From: an uncultured Candidatus Binatia bacterium
GTDB taxonomy: Bacteria; Desulfobacterota; Binatia; Bin18
Length of the DNA: 64,000 bases
Direction: 5' to 3'
Assembly (NCBI GenBank): GCA_965200965.1
Contig: OZ241744.1
Coordinates: 864,001-928,000 of the forward strand
The translations under genes and the position numbers were made by a program. Below are positions 47,907 through 58,500 of the stretch, one piece after another; the first letter of the stretch is position 1, and every line of letters begins with the position of its first letter. Below the pieces are notes generated by a model. That model was not told the origin of the DNA. It made no database searches and worked only from the letters and a program-made list of their open reading frames with translations.

Positions 47907-48947
47907 TCAGGTCCGTATACGCCTCACATGCATTAAAGCACGGTTTACCTCTTCTACGCACTCACTAACCGCCTCTGCCGTAAACCCGTCATTGAAATGC
48001 CAGGACTCCCCTGGGAAAGGAAGAGCGGGAAGTAAGGGGGGATCGCCTTTGTTAATGACAAGTTTTGGAAGCTTTGGGGGGAGGTCGGAGAGGATTAAGT
48101 TGATATATTCGTCCCGGAAAGCAAAACCGATAAAAATTGCCGCCTTTGCTTCACGCACCACAGCTCGTAGATGGTTATGGAATTTGATGAAGGGTTCCTC
48201 CCCCGGGATTCCCTTGAATCCTGGATATAAAATCGGGATATCCCCGGTAGCGTCGGTGGCACCATAAACGATGTAATCGTTCTCGCGCTTCCAGTCCACG
48301 GACCCGTGTAGCTTGGTCAGTCGTCCGCGACCGTCATCAAGGGGTTTGCCTGGATTATCCCAGAGAGCGGTATTCAGCCCCGTCCTGTCCCCGTCATCCT
48401 CTCGCCCAGTTGCAACCTTTTTTCCGGCTAGCCTGATAACCCTCTCCAGCACCCGGTCATAGTTCGTTGTGAAAATCTCAAGAATCGGGTCAAGCTCTTC
48501 GAGTTTCCGGAGTAGCTCAACCCAAGCTGACAACTTGCCTTCGTCGGGGAGCTTGTCATAGAATTTATGAACTTGGGCATTGATGCGCTCTCGTAGCGGT
48601 TTCAATTTCTGCCCGCAGATGACTGACAACATTAGCGAAACATTGGCAGTATCCACCCCGCTACCCACGAGTTGCCCGAGCTGGTTCCCCGTCGTTATCC
48701 ACCTTAGCATGGAGTTGGAGAAAAACGGTGCTGAGTCGTCTTCAAATTCGCCAAGGGTCCACAGGACTTTTTCAATGTCGATCTGCTCATCAAGTCTCCC
48801 TTGTGTTGTTAGGAACTCACAGACGAGTTGAAACAGGCTATCCCCTGTGATTTCCGGGGGAAGGCGCTTGAAGAACTCAACCGTGGTTGGATACTGCTCT
48901 GGATCAACGGCGGCGGAGCCTCCCGCACCCACAAAAACTAAAATCAT
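47907..48947 (-). CDS. SIR2-like (SIR2_2) domain protein
   Basis: VGAGGS, FTTNYD, KLHGS, IGFAFRD; lower GC than neighbours by eye. Confidence 0.85.
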   Translation of the reverse strand: MILVFVGAGGSAAVDPEQYPTTVEFFKRLPPEITGDSLFQLVCEFLTTQGRLDEQIDIEKVLWTLGEFEDDSAPFFSNSMLRWITTGNQLGQLVGSGVDTANVSLMLSVICGQKLKPLRERINAQVHKFYDKLPDEGKLSAWVELLRKLEELDPILEIFTTNYDRVLERVIRLAGKKVATGREDDGDRTGLNTALWDNPGKPLDDGRGRLTKLHGSVDWKRENDYIVYGATDATGDIPILYPGFKGIPGEEPFIKFHNHLRAVVREAKAAIFIGFAFRDEYINLILSDLPPKLPKLVINKGDPPLLPALPFPGESWHFNDGFTAEAVSECVEEVNRALMHVRRIRT

Positions 48948-49135
48948 CGTCTGTCCTCCTTACAGATTGAGCGTTCCAGATTCATTCAGGCCGGTCAAGC
49001 CTTATGCGTCTGCGTTCTCACCCCATACCCGCCCGTATCTTCCCTGTCGCGGAGGGAATCGCTAGGCCGAGCCGCAGCCGTATGCTACACACGAGGCAGA
49101 CACCACAGCTGCCAGGAGCGGCAAAGGAGGAGGCC

Positions 49136-50092
49136 ATGCAGGAGAGGCATTTTCAGATGATCGAGACAAACGGGATTCGGCTGCGGACCGTTGTCGAAGG
49201 CACGGGCCGACTGGTGATTCTGCTCCACGGCTTCCCCCAGTGCTGGTATTTGTGGCGGCATCAGATTGACCCGCTGCGTGAGGCCGGCTTTCAGGTCGCC
49301 GTCCCCGACCAGCGCGGCTATGGCGGCAGCGACCGGCCTGAAGCGATCGAAGCCTATGATATCATTGAACTGACCAGGGATGTGGTCGGTCTGGCCGACG
49401 CCCTGGGCCACGAGCGGTTTGTGGTGGTCGGCCACGACTGGGGCGCGCCGGTGGCCTGGCACACCGCCCTGCTCTACCCCGAGCGGGTGCGGGCCGTGGT
49501 CGGCATGAGCGTGCCCTATATCCGGGGGCAGGCCGGGGTGATGACCCGGCAGGAGAATTTTGGCGACAACTTCTGGTATATCGTCTATTTTCAGCGGCCG
49601 GGGGTGGCCGAGGCCGAGCTGGAAGCCGATATCCGCAAGTCACTGCGCACCACCTATTATGTTGCCTCTGGTGACGCGCCCGAGGGGGTGTGGTTTACCC
49701 CCAAGCCGGCCAGCGCCGGCTTTCTGGACGGTCTGCCCGACCCCGACCCCTTGCCGGCCTGGCTGACAAGCGAAGACCTCGATTATTACGAAGCCCAGTA
49801 CAGGCGGAGCGGCTTTCGGGGGCCGATCAACTGGTACCGGAATATCGACCGCAACTTTGAGATCACCCCGCAGCTGGCCGAGGCCAAGGTTGAGCCGCCG
49901 GCCTTTTTCATCGCCGGTACAAAAGACCTGGTGCTGTCCTTTGCCGGCGGCGGGATGCTGGAGATGATGGACAGCTTTGTCTCCGACCTGCGCGGCAAGG
50001 TCCTGATTGACGGGGCCGGCCACTGGGTCCAGATGGAGAAACCGGCCGAGCTCAACGCGGCCCTGCTCGGCTTTCTGCGCCCCTTTGCCTGA
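49136..50092 (+). CDS. Epoxide hydrolase-like alpha/beta hydrolase
   Basis: LHGFP, RGYG, GHDWGA, WYRN, GHWVQ. Confidence 0.92.
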   Translation: MQERHFQMIETNGIRLRTVVEGTGRLVILLHGFPQCWYLWRHQIDPLREAGFQVAVPDQRGYGGSDRPEAIEAYDIIELTRDVVGLADALGHERFVVVGHDWGAPVAWHTALLYPERVRAVVGMSVPYIRGQAGVMTRQENFGDNFWYIVYFQRPGVAEAELEADIRKSLRTTYYVASGDAPEGVWFTPKPASAGFLDGLPDPDPLPAWLTSEDLDYYEAQYRRSGFRGPINWYRNIDRNFEITPQLAEAKVEPPAFFIAGTKDLVLSFAGGGMLEMMDSFVSDLRGKVLIDGAGHWVQMEKPAELNAALLGFLRPFA

Positions 50093-50164
50093 AGGTTGAA
50101 AACCGCCGGGAAACTTCCTATCCTGACCCCAGTTCCTGGCCGCAGTTCAAAAGGAGGTTGTATT

Positions 50165-51673
50165 ATGAGCGCTCATGTTACAGCGTCGGCAAAAGTCCGG
50201 GCCGGCCTCTCCCACCCGGTCGTTGATGCCGATGGGCACTGGTTGGAGTTCGGCCCCCTGGTCAGAAGCCATCTGCGCAAGATCGGCGGCGACAAGGCCG
50301 TTGAAGGCTTCTCCATGTTTCCCAAGCTGGTCCAGAACCAGCTCTCCATGTCGGTGGCCGAGCGGACCGCCCACCGGACGGCCCAGCAGGCTTTCTGGGC
50401 GCTGCCGACCAAAAACACCCGCGACCGGGCCACGGCCATGATGCCAAAGCTGATGAACGAACGCCTGGACGAACTTGGCATTGACTTCAGCGTCCTCTAC
50501 CCGACCGCCGGCCTCGGTCTGCCGCTGGTGCCCGAGGCCGAGGCGCGCCAAGCCGCCTGCCGGGCTTTCAACACCTTCAGCGCCGACTATTTTGGGCCTT
50601 TCGCCGACCGCATGACGCCGTCTGCGGTAATTCCGATGCACACTCCCGAAGAAGCGATTGAAGAACTGGAGTACGCGGTCCACCAGCTCGGCCTCAAGGT
50701 CGTTATGCTGGGCAGCTTGATCGCCCGGCCAATTGAGGCCGTGGCCGAGAAAACCCCCGAGGCGGCCAGCGTTGCCACTTGGCGGGACGTGCTGGGCCTG
50801 GACAGCGTGTATGACTACGACCCGGTGTGGGCCAAATGCGTCGAACTCAAAGTCGCCCCCAGCTTTCACTCCGGCTCACGCGGGTTTGGCCTGCGGGTGT
50901 CGCCCTCCAACTTCTGCTATAACCACATCGGCCATTTTGCGGTGGCCAACGAGGCGGTGTGCAAAGCCCTGTTCCTGGGCGGCGTTACCCGCCGTTTCCC
51001 GGACCTGAAGTTCGCCTTTCTGGAGGGCGGTGTAGGCTGGGCCTGCCAGTTGTACATTGACCTCATTGAACACTGGGAGAAGCGCAAGCTGGACGCCCTG
51101 GAAGAGGTCAACCCCAAAAACCTGGACAGCCAGTTACTCCTTGAGTTGGCGGAATCCTATGGGCATGAAGACATGGTGGCCGCCATGCGCGAGCGCGAGA
51201 CCATGTTTGACACCGCCATGCCGCCCAAGGCGTCGATGGATGTCGGCGGGGTAGCCAACCTTGACGACTACGCCGCCTGCCGGATTGACAAAAAAGAGGA
51301 CTTCAAAGACCTGTTTGTCAACAACTTCTATTTTGGCTGCGAGGCCGACGACCGGATGAACGCCTGGGCCTTCAGTACAGCGTGCAACCCGTTTGCCTCC
51401 GAGCTGCATGCCCTGTTCGGCTCAGATGTGGGCCACTTCGATGTGCAGGACATGGCCGGCGTCCTGCACGAAGCCCACGAGCTGGTTGACGACGGGCTGA
51501 TGAGCGCCGACAATTTCCGGGACTTTGTGTTCGCCAACCCGGTTCGCTTCTGGGGCGAAACCAACCCCGACTTTTTCGCCGGCACGACCGTTGAAACAGA
51601 CGCCGCGGCCCTGCTGGCCGGCCCGCCGGTCGGCCTCAGCCCCGGCGTCCAGGCCGCCCAGCCGGCCAAATAA
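50165..51673 (+). CDS. Amidohydrolase_2 family protein
   Basis: DADGH, LYPT, FH, FLEGG, GSDVGH. Confidence 0.88.
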   Translation: MSAHVTASAKVRAGLSHPVVDADGHWLEFGPLVRSHLRKIGGDKAVEGFSMFPKLVQNQLSMSVAERTAHRTAQQAFWALPTKNTRDRATAMMPKLMNERLDELGIDFSVLYPTAGLGLPLVPEAEARQAACRAFNTFSADYFGPFADRMTPSAVIPMHTPEEAIEELEYAVHQLGLKVVMLGSLIARPIEAVAEKTPEAASVATWRDVLGLDSVYDYDPVWAKCVELKVAPSFHSGSRGFGLRVSPSNFCYNHIGHFAVANEAVCKALFLGGVTRRFPDLKFAFLEGGVGWACQLYIDLIEHWEKRKLDALEEVNPKNLDSQLLLELAESYGHEDMVAAMRERETMFDTAMPPKASMDVGGVANLDDYAACRIDKKEDFKDLFVNNFYFGCEADDRMNAWAFSTACNPFASELHALFGSDVGHFDVQDMAGVLHEAHELVDDGLMSADNFRDFVFANPVRFWGETNPDFFAGTTVETDAAALLAGPPVGLSPGVQAAQPAK

Positions 51674-51811
51674 GGCACGCCCCTGACCGGGTGCCGCTGG
51701 CACCCGCCCTGCCCTCAGCCCAGTCGGCGGCTATCCAGGGTCACGCTTGGCTCTTTACGACGCCCGGGCCGGCGGCTTATGATTCCCGCAGACACGCACA
51801 AGGGGGTGCGC

Positions 51812-52699
51812 ATGTTCAGCATAGGCAAACTGTTCCATCTCACCCATGTGGTAGACGATCTCGAAGCGGTCGATCGCTGGTACGACGAGGTGTTTTCGGT
51901 CAGGCGGTTCTACAACGGCTATGAGGAGTTGGCCGGCCGCAAGGCATCGCTCATCGCCATTGGGGATGTCATCATGGAGCCGATGATGCCGGCTGGGGCT
52001 GAGCCGCTCAAGAATCCATCGGTCAGGAAATTCCACGACCGCTTTGGCCAGCACTTCCACTCTATCGCCTGGTATGTGGACGATGTGGCGGCCATCTCCG
52101 AGCGGCTCGACTCGGCAGGATTGCGGTTGTTCAATATCGTGGGCAAAAGGCTCACACCGTCCGATACGACAGCCGCGATCTGGACCCATCCCAAAGAGAC
52201 CCCGGGCCAGTTGGAGTTTGCCCTGGCCGGCGACTATATTGACGACCCCCGCCTCAAGCCGGACTGGTCAAACGAGCGGTGGCGGGAACACCCGCTGGGC
52301 ATTGAGCGGGCGTCCCATATCGGCGTGGTGGTCGGCAGCCTGGCCAAGGCCAGAGAACTCTACTGTGGGGTGCTGGGTGGGACCCTGCTGAGCGAGGAGA
52401 CGGTCGCCGGGCGCAAGCGCAGCGCTTTTGTGGCAATTGGTGAGGATACGGTGGTGGAGCTGTCCGAGCCGCTGGCGGCCGGCAGCCCGGAGGGGCGGGA
52501 GTTGGACACCTGCGGCGAGGGCATATATTCGCTGATCTTCAAGACCCGCGACCTCGGCCAGGCTCGGGACTTTCTACGGTCCCGGCAGCATCAGCCCGCG
52601 GCCGACGGCCCGGACACGGTCGTGCTCGGGCCCGACCAGGCCTTTGGCATGGTCGTCGGCTTTACCCAGCGCACACTTCCAAACGATCCACGCGCCTGA
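51812..52699 (+). CDS. VOC/glyoxalase family two-domain protein
   Basis: H.THVV.DL, HSIAW.VDD, HIGVVV, EL.EP. Confidence 0.85.
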   Translation: MFSIGKLFHLTHVVDDLEAVDRWYDEVFSVRRFYNGYEELAGRKASLIAIGDVIMEPMMPAGAEPLKNPSVRKFHDRFGQHFHSIAWYVDDVAAISERLDSAGLRLFNIVGKRLTPSDTTAAIWTHPKETPGQLEFALAGDYIDDPRLKPDWSNERWREHPLGIERASHIGVVVGSLAKARELYCGVLGGTLLSEETVAGRKRSAFVAIGEDTVVELSEPLAAGSPEGRELDTCGEGIYSLIFKTRDLGQARDFLRSRQHQPAADGPDTVVLGPDQAFGMVVGFTQRTLPNDPRA

Positions 52700-52901
52700 G
52701 TTTGTATCGGGCCGGGGTCAGGACAGGAATCACCCTCAAGAGGACACGACTTGGCATTTCTGGAAAAACCGGCCACAGCAGCCCAGCGGCGAGTGGCGGC
52801 AGGTTCAGCGCTCACACGGCTATCGGTCAATTATCGTCAACGGGGGTGATCCCTTTGCCGACGGCCAGTGGAGCGGCGACACCGGGCGGGCCGCCTGAGC
52901 C

Positions 52902-53891
52902 TCACCCGGCCCGGACTCTTTTGTCACGCGGAAGACTGGCGTCCTTCCCCTTTTCCACGGCTTTGCCAGATGAGAACAACGCCAATTGACTACTGTCATG
53001 CGCCCGGCGCACTGGTATGTCGTCAAGAAGGATACTCCGTGGGTTGACCTCGTAGCAGTGCGACAGCCGACCCTGGGCGTGCTGGCAATACTCCGGGTTC
53101 AGGTCAATGCCGATCCAGCGCCTTTCTGTGACCTTCGCGGCCAGGGTCGTTGCTCCCGATCCGTTAAACATATCGAGTACCAGGTCTCCGGCAAAACCCG
53201 CGTCTGGGGCCTCCTGGAATGAATACATATAGATGAGCCGTTGCGGCAGCACGACCGGAAAGGGAGCCGGGTGGCCTCCGGTGCGCTTCACGTCTTCCGG
53301 ATACATGGGCCAAATCTGCATGGTCAGGTTCCGCCACTCTGCCTGGGTGAGGCGGCTCCGTTCCTTGGCCTTTTTCGGGAGTGGTGGCGGAACGCCGCTT
53401 TTGACATAGACATTGATAAACTCAATCGTGTTGTCTTCATAAATGTTGGGCGGATACGGATAGCTCCCGAACATTTTGGTGGTGGTCTGCTTTTTCCAGA
53501 CCATCAGACCAAAGCGATAGAGTCCGGGGATCTCTTGCAGAATGCGCGCCTCAATATCAAACGCGATGTTTTTGAGGTGGCGCGTGTGTTGATCTCCCAT
53601 CTGGCTCTTGGGAATGGGCATGATTGGCGTGATGATGGCAAGTTTGCCGTTCGGGATCAATATCCGTTCGGTCTCGCGCCAGACTGCGAGGAGGTCATCA
53701 AGATACTCTTCGTAACTTGTCTGCCCGATCTGGCCCTCCACGCGGTAATCAATCACATTCCAGTACGGCGGGCTGGTGATAGCCAGGGCGACGCACTCAT
53801 CTGGCAGTTCGCGGAGCGCTTTTCTCGCATCTGCCCGGATAATGCGGTCCACGCAAGGCCAATGGGCCGGGTCGGGTATTCTGTACTGCAC
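52902..53891 (-). CDS. Orphan N4-C/N6-A DNA methyltransferase (beta class)
   Basis: SD GAGGAGG then GTG; TSPPY, HPAPFP, LDMFNGSG. Confidence 0.9.
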   Translation of the reverse strand: MQYRIPDPAHWPCVDRIIRADARKALRELPDECVALAITSPPYWNVIDYRVEGQIGQTSYEEYLDDLLAVWRETERILIPNGKLAIITPIMPIPKSQMGDQHTRHLKNIAFDIEARILQEIPGLYRFGLMVWKKQTTTKMFGSYPYPPNIYEDNTIEFINVYVKSGVPPPLPKKAKERSRLTQAEWRNLTMQIWPMYPEDVKRTGGHPAPFPVVLPQRLIYMYSFQEAPDAGFAGDLVLDMFNGSGATTLAAKVTERRWIGIDLNPEYCQHAQGRLSHCYEVNPRSILLDDIPVRRAHDSSQLALFSSGKAVEKGKDASLPRDKRVRAG

Positions 53892-54310
53892 GGCGTCAGA
53901 CCTCCTCAGTGGCAAATGTGTGTATGCCGGCCTTGCTGCTGTGTCAGGCGAAGGGGACTTTGAGTTTGGATGTCATGGGGAGAGGCTGGCAGATGGGGGC
54001 GGATATGCTGGAAGGAGGAAATGTGTCATCAGACCGACAGGCTGGCGACACGTTTCGTCCTCGGTCTGGGGCCGTGAACAGGACGGCAAGAAGAATGCTG
54101 CAATCTCCGACTGTAATTGAAGGAGGTTTATGACGAGAGATGACGAAAAACCCGACCTAAGCGCCTGTTTTTATTGAGGTGAATTCGGGGAGGGGGATAA
54201 GAACATTAGTTGAATTTATGAAAAACCCGCCGAAAAATTATCAATTTTTCCGATCAAATTCATAGACAAGGCGTCAATCAGGGCGGTGTGCTCTTCCCTC
54301 ACGGGTCTCC

Positions 54311-55519
54311 TCAGCTTGAGTAGGCCGAGTTGAAGTGGACATAGCCGGTGGACAGGTCGGACGTGACCACATGGGCCCTGCCTGTGCCGCCGCGGAGGTC
54401 AATGGCGATGGAAAACTCGGGCTGCTGCATAACGGCCGCGGCGCGTTTTTCGTTGTGCGGGCCGGTACTCATGCCGCTGCGGCCAATCAGGATATCGCCT
54501 ACCGTGATATTCAGTTTGTTCTGGTCCAGGCGGACGCCGGCATAGCCGACCGCGCAGGCGATCCGCCCCCAGTTCGGGTCGCCGCCAAAAAAGGCGGTTT
54601 TGACCAGCGGGGAGTGGGCAACAGTCCGGGCGATCTGCTGGGCATCTGCGTCGGTTTTGGCCCCCCGGACAAAAATATCGACCACCCGGGTTGCGCCCTC
54701 GCCGTCCTTGACGCACAGCCGGGCCAGCTCGCACAAGACCTCGCCGACCGCGGTCTTGAAGGGCCGAAAGTCACGCCCTGACTTTCTGACCGGCCGGTTG
54801 CCGGCCAAGCCGTTGGCCAGCAGCACGAGCGTATCGCTGGTGCTGGTATCGCCGTCCACGCTGATGGCGTTAAACGAGTCGCCCAGCGTCGCCGCCAAGG
54901 TCTGGCCCAAGGCGTCGGCTTCGACCGCGGCGTCGGTCACGACATAACACAACATGGTGGCCATATTCGGATGTATCATGCCCGCCCCTTTGGCCAGACC
55001 GGCCAGGGTCACGGTCTTCCCGCCGACTTGCAGCCGGCGGACCGCGGCTTTGGGAAAAGCGTCGGTGGTCATCATGCCCGACAGCGCGTCCCAGAATCTC
55101 CTGGGCGAGAGTTTGTCACACGCCTCGATAATCCCGGGCCGCATTTTTTCCCACGGCGGCAGGACACCGATTTTGCCGGTTGAAGACGGCAGCACGAGAC
55201 CCTCGTCAATACCCAGCCGGCAGCCGACCAGGCGACAGGTATTGCGGGCCAGGCGCAGGCCGGATGCTCCGGTCGAGACATTGGCCATGCCGCTATTGAC
55301 CACGACGGCCTGGAGTTGACCCCGCTTCATCCGCTCCAGACCGAGCAGCACCGGCGCGCCTTTGACCTGATTGGTGGTAAAGGCCGCGGCGGCGGTGGCC
55401 GGCCGGTCTGAGACGATCAGCGCCAAGTCCTTTTTTCGACTCGGCTTGATGCCGCACGAGACGCCGCTGAAGCGAAAGCCGGGCACGACGACCGGTTTTT
55501 TGTTGACCTTCACGCGCAT
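54311..55519 (-). CDS. argJ: Bifunctional ornithine acetyltransferase / N-acetylglutamate synthase
   Basis: MTTD, KGAGMIHPNMATML, DGEGAT, DPNWGRI. Confidence 0.96.
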   Translation of the reverse strand: MRVKVNKKPVVVPGFRFSGVSCGIKPSRKKDLALIVSDRPATAAAAFTTNQVKGAPVLLGLERMKRGQLQAVVVNSGMANVSTGASGLRLARNTCRLVGCRLGIDEGLVLPSSTGKIGVLPPWEKMRPGIIEACDKLSPRRFWDALSGMMTTDAFPKAAVRRLQVGGKTVTLAGLAKGAGMIHPNMATMLCYVVTDAAVEADALGQTLAATLGDSFNAISVDGDTSTSDTLVLLANGLAGNRPVRKSGRDFRPFKTAVGEVLCELARLCVKDGEGATRVVDIFVRGAKTDADAQQIARTVAHSPLVKTAFFGGDPNWGRIACAVGYAGVRLDQNKLNITVGDILIGRSGMSTGPHNEKRAAAVMQQPEFSIAIDLRGGTGRAHVVTSDLSTGYVHFNSAYSS

Positions 55520-55529
55520 GGCGGGTCTC

Positions 55530-58500
55530 CTATGCCCCGTGGCATTTCTTGTATTTGCGGCCGCTGCCACACGGGCACGGGTCATTGCGCCCCACCTTGG
55601 GTTCATTTCTGCGGACCTGGCCGGTGGGGGCCGGTGGGGGCTCCTGGCCGTGGCTCATGCTGAGCGGACGGCGGGGTTGGGCTTGGCGCGCCTCCATTTT
55701 CTGGACATCTTCCTGGTGGGCAATCTGGACGGTAAACAGTTTCTCGACCACTTCGGCCCGCATCCGGTCGTGGAGTTGCTCAAACAGCGCAAAGCCTTCT
55801 TTCTGGTATTCCTGGAGGGGGTTCTTTTGTCCGTAGCCGCTCAGCCCGACCGCTTCCTTGAGGTGGTCCATAGACAGCAGATGGTCTTTCCACAGGGCAT
55901 CGGTGGTCTGGAGCAAAATAACCTTTTCCAGGTAGCGCAGAACCGGCGGCGTAAAGGCTTCCTCTCGTTCCCGGTAGATGGTCAGGACCTTGTCGCGCAG
56001 CGTCTCGCTCAGGCTGTCGGGGTCGGCGGTGTGTTGGTCTTCCTCGCTCAGCGACAGCCGAAAATTGAACTGGCGGAAGAGCGCGTCGTCGAGGGCCTTC
56101 CAGTCCCACTCTTCGGGCGGCAGGTCTTCGGACAGGTAGAGCTGGATCGTCTTTTCGACCATGTCCTCAATCATCGCCAGGACTTCGGCCGACAGGTTGT
56201 CACCGGCCAGAAAGGCGCGGCGCTGCTCGTAAATCACCTCGCGCTGCTTGTTCATCACGTCGTCATACTCGAGCAGATGCTTGCGGATATCAAAGTTGCG
56301 CGCCTCAACCCGTCCCTGGGCGTTCTCAATCGCCTTGCTGACCATGCCGTGCTCAATCGGCTCGCCCTCTTCCATGCCCAGCCGGTCCATGATGCTCTGG
56401 ATGCGCTCCGCCCCAAAAATGCGCAGCAGATCGTCTTCAAGAGACAGATAGAAGCGGGACGAACCGGGGTCGCCCTGGCGCCCGGCCCGACCGCGCAGCT
56501 GGTTGTCAATGCGGCGAGCCTCGTGCCGCTCGGTCCCCAGGATATGCAGCCCGCCGACGGCTACGACCTTGTCGCGTTCCTGGGCACAGGTAGCCTGGTA
56601 TGTGGCCAGGGCCGTGTCAAAGGCGTGCTGGTAGATGTCCGGCGATTTTTCGAGCTGTTCGCGGACCTCCTCAACGACCTTGACCCGCTCGCGGCGCTGT
56701 TCTTCGTACATCTGTTCAGCCTCGGCGACCGCGGCTTCGTAGGGCTTGCGTTTTTCTTCGTAGAGTTGATCGGCCCTGTCATAGGCCTGCTGGGCTTCTT
56801 GATAGGCCCGCTGGGCCTGTTCAAACTGCTGGCTGACCTCGCCGTTGTCGCTCAGCGTAATCTCGACGACCCGAACAATCGCCCGGCTGTATTCGTCAAG
56901 GACGCGCTCATAGCGGTCCCGCATGACCGCGAGGCGCTCTGCCGCCTGGGGCGAAATGCCCTCGGCCAACAGCCCAGCGTAATCGGCGCACACGGTCTCG
57001 TACTCCTCCCGCCGCTCTTCGGGCAGGGAAGGCCCAACGACCTTGTCGTACTCGCTCAGGGCGTGTTCATACCTTCCGCACACCTGGGTGTAGTGTTGCA
57101 GGACGCCTGCCGCCGGCGAGCCGGCCACAAAGTCGAGTTGGGCGGTGGCGGCCTGATAGTCGGCCCGGGCTTTTTGCAGGGCGGCGTGGAGAAAGGGCCG
57201 GTAGGTCTCGGACAGGCGTGACAAGGCCGCGTTGCGGGCCTCTTCATGGGGTTTCCAACCCGGCTCGTACTGCTGGTGGGCCCTGGTCAGGGCTTCGTTG
57301 TAGGTCTCGCGCAACTCTTCAAGGCTCTCTTCGTAGCTCTTGGTCCTGGTTTGGGCTGGCGCGGTTTTTTTCAGCCAGGTTTTTTCAATCTCAACCCGGG
57401 CCAGGAACTCAGGATTGCCGCCGAGCAAAATGTCAGTTCCCCGGCCGGCCATATTGGTGGCGATCGTCACCGCGCCAAAGCGGCCGGCCTGGGCGATGAT
57501 ATTGGCCTCGGCCTCGTGATTGACCGCGTTCAGGACGTTATACCTGATGCGTTTCTTTTTGAGCAGCTTGCTGAGCCGTTCGGATTTTTCGACCGAGACC
57601 GTCCCGACGAGCACCGGCTGGCCGCGTTGGTGACACTCGGCAATATCATCAGCCACAGCCTGAAATTTTTCGCGTTCGGTTTTGTACACCACATCGGGGA
57701 AGTCCTGGCGCGACAGGCCCTTGTTGGGAGGAATGACGACCACGTCAAGGCTGTAGATCTTTTTGAACTCGACCGCCTCGGTATCGGCTGTGCCGGTCAT
57801 GCCGCCGAGCTTGTGGTACATGCGAAAATAGTTCTGGATGGTAATTGTCGCCAGGGTCTGATTTTCCTCACGGATACGCACGCCTTCTTTGGCCTCAACC
57901 GCCTGGTGGAGTCCGTCAGACCAGCGCCGGCCGGGCATCAGGCGGCCCGTGAATTCGTCAACAATAACCACCTCGCCGTCTTTGACCACATAGTCAACAT
58001 CTCGCCTGAAGAGGGCGTGGGCCCGAAGGGCCTGGTTGACATGATGGAGGGTGCCAATTTCAGACGGGTCGTAGAGGTTTTTGACCCCCAAGATGCGCTC
58101 AACCTTGGACACGCCCTCTTCGGTCAGGGTCGCGTTGCGCTGTTTTTCGTCAATCGCATAATCGAGGTCTTTTTGCAGACGGGGAATGACCCGATTCAGG
58201 GCGTAGTATTTTTCGGTTGATTCCTCGGCCGGGCCGGAGATAATCAGCGGCGTGCGTGCCTCGTCGATCAGGATGTTATCGACCTCGTCCACAATCGCGA
58301 AAGCGAGTTCGCCCTGGGCGTGCTCCTCGTTGCTGAACTTCATATGGTCGCGCAGGTAATCAAAGCCGAACTCGTTGTTTGTCCCATAGGTCACATCGGC
58401 CCGATAGGCATCCCGGCGGCTGACCGGCCGCAGCTTGAGAAAGCGGTAGTCTTTGACCACATGGCCGGGATCAAACACAAAGCTGGTATCGTGGACAATC

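Noticed and set aside
45183-47936. 917-aa plus-strand ORF and similar long antisense ORFs (for example 55371-57221, 21024-22202, 6142-7182)
   Set aside because: Shadow frames of GC-rich real genes with no recognisable motifs.
54020-54085. Hammerhead-like words on the minus strand (GAGGACGAAAC and CTGATGA)
   Set aside because: CTGATGA is not followed by a stem II partner and the helices cannot be assembled; a simple plus-strand hairpin explains the sequence.
56555-57420. Intein in SecA
   Set aside because: No C/S start, HN-C/S/T end or LAGLIDADG motifs; composition is coiled-coil.
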